Shown piece by piece: positions 63,575 to 64,000 of a stretch of 64,000 nt of DNA. The stretch comes from an uncultured Chloroflexia bacterium. Lineage in GTDB: Bacteria; Chloroflexota; Chloroflexia; Thermomicrobiales; UBA6265. The stretch is taken from contig CAVRGV010000002.1 in the NCBI GenBank assembly GCA_963720855.1, positions 75,994 through 139,993 on the forward strand. Direction: 5' to 3'. The position numbers and the translations under genes are program-made. Under the pieces are notes generated by a model, which worked only from the letters and a program-made list of their open reading frames with translations, made no database searches and was not told the origin of the DNA. How positions within the stretch are numbered: the first letter of the stretch is position 1; every line of letters begins with the position of its first letter.

Positions 63575-64000
63575 ATGTCCGACCACCTCGATCATAGTGA
63601 AAGTGCGTCCGGCAAGATCGACCCACGCGTCGATATCGCCGACCTGTATGTCTTCCCCTCTCCCCGCACACCCGAACGCACAGTGCTGCTCATGACGGTC
63701 TACCCATTCGCCCCATCCGAAGGCGCGGACTTCTCGACCGAAGCGGTCTACGAAATCCTCGTCGACACCAACGGAGACGCCCGGCCAGACGTTGCGTACC
63801 GGACCACGTTCGAAGTCGTCGACGGATGCCAGCGCGCGACCGTCCGCCGGGCAACTGGTGAAGACGCCCTTGGGCGTGGAATTGCGGGTGACATCATTTT
63901 CGAATCTGCGGAAGTGTCGCTCGATGGAATCGTCAAGGTGACCGACGCAGGCAACAACGGATGCACCTTCTTCGCCGGCCTGCGCGGCGACCCATTCTTC
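63575..64000 (+). CDS. DUF4331-family protein; the 3' end is cut by the window edge
   Basis: My own translation from ATG 63575 (AAGGAG upstream): MSDHLDHSESASGKIDPRVDIADLYVFPSP...FFAGLRGDPFF. It is absent from the ORF track because no stop lies inside the window. Confidence 0.65.
   Translation, partial: MSDHLDHSESASGKIDPRVDIADLYVFPSPRTPERTVLLMTVYPFAPSEGADFSTEAVYEILVDTNGDARPDVAYRTTFEVVDGCQRATVRRATGEDALGRGIAGDIIFESAEVSLDGIVKVTDAGNNGCTFFAGLRGDPFF

Overview
A 64 kb, roughly 60% GC bacterial chromosomal segment. The gene content and Tat-type signal peptides suggest a Chloroflexota/Thermomicrobia-like or actinobacterial-like monoderm, but this is inference only.

Most of the window is housekeeping:
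- an hspR-clpB heat-shock operon
- a form-II CoxSLM-type molybdenum hydroxylase
- a long minus-strand run of dprA-topA-hslV-hslU, a complete peptide ABC transporter and ilvE
- an Rrf2 regulator with a cysteine desulfurase, scpA/scpB, and two M50 site-2 proteases
- a GtrA / FAD-oxidoreductase / GT-C envelope-glycosylation cluster at 19.7-25.8 kb

The assembly carries about 50 single-base reading-frame breaks, including breaks in essential genes (topA, clpB, hslU). Many genes therefore appear as 2-6 ORF fragments in the track. I report reconstructed whole-gene spans and treat most breaks as probable sequence errors.

The least ordinary part is 50-61.4 kb, which has no frame breaks. It contains:
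- an ORF-poor, lower-GC 1 kb spacer that may hold an orphan gene or a structured RNA of about 460 nt
- an ATP-grasp ligase, a GT4 and a GT2 glycosyltransferase
- tRNA-Arg(CCG)
- an 872-aa protein with the architecture GT2-GT2-TM-extracytoplasmic domain
- a Tat-signal mini-ORF interrupted by an in-frame TAG
- a STAND-LuxR regulator

This block is my best candidate for an undescribed envelope glycoconjugate system. A lone protein carrying a PD-(D/E)xK nuclease motif at 16.6-17.8 kb is the second candidate.

I found no CRISPR array, integrase, transposase or reverse transcriptase.
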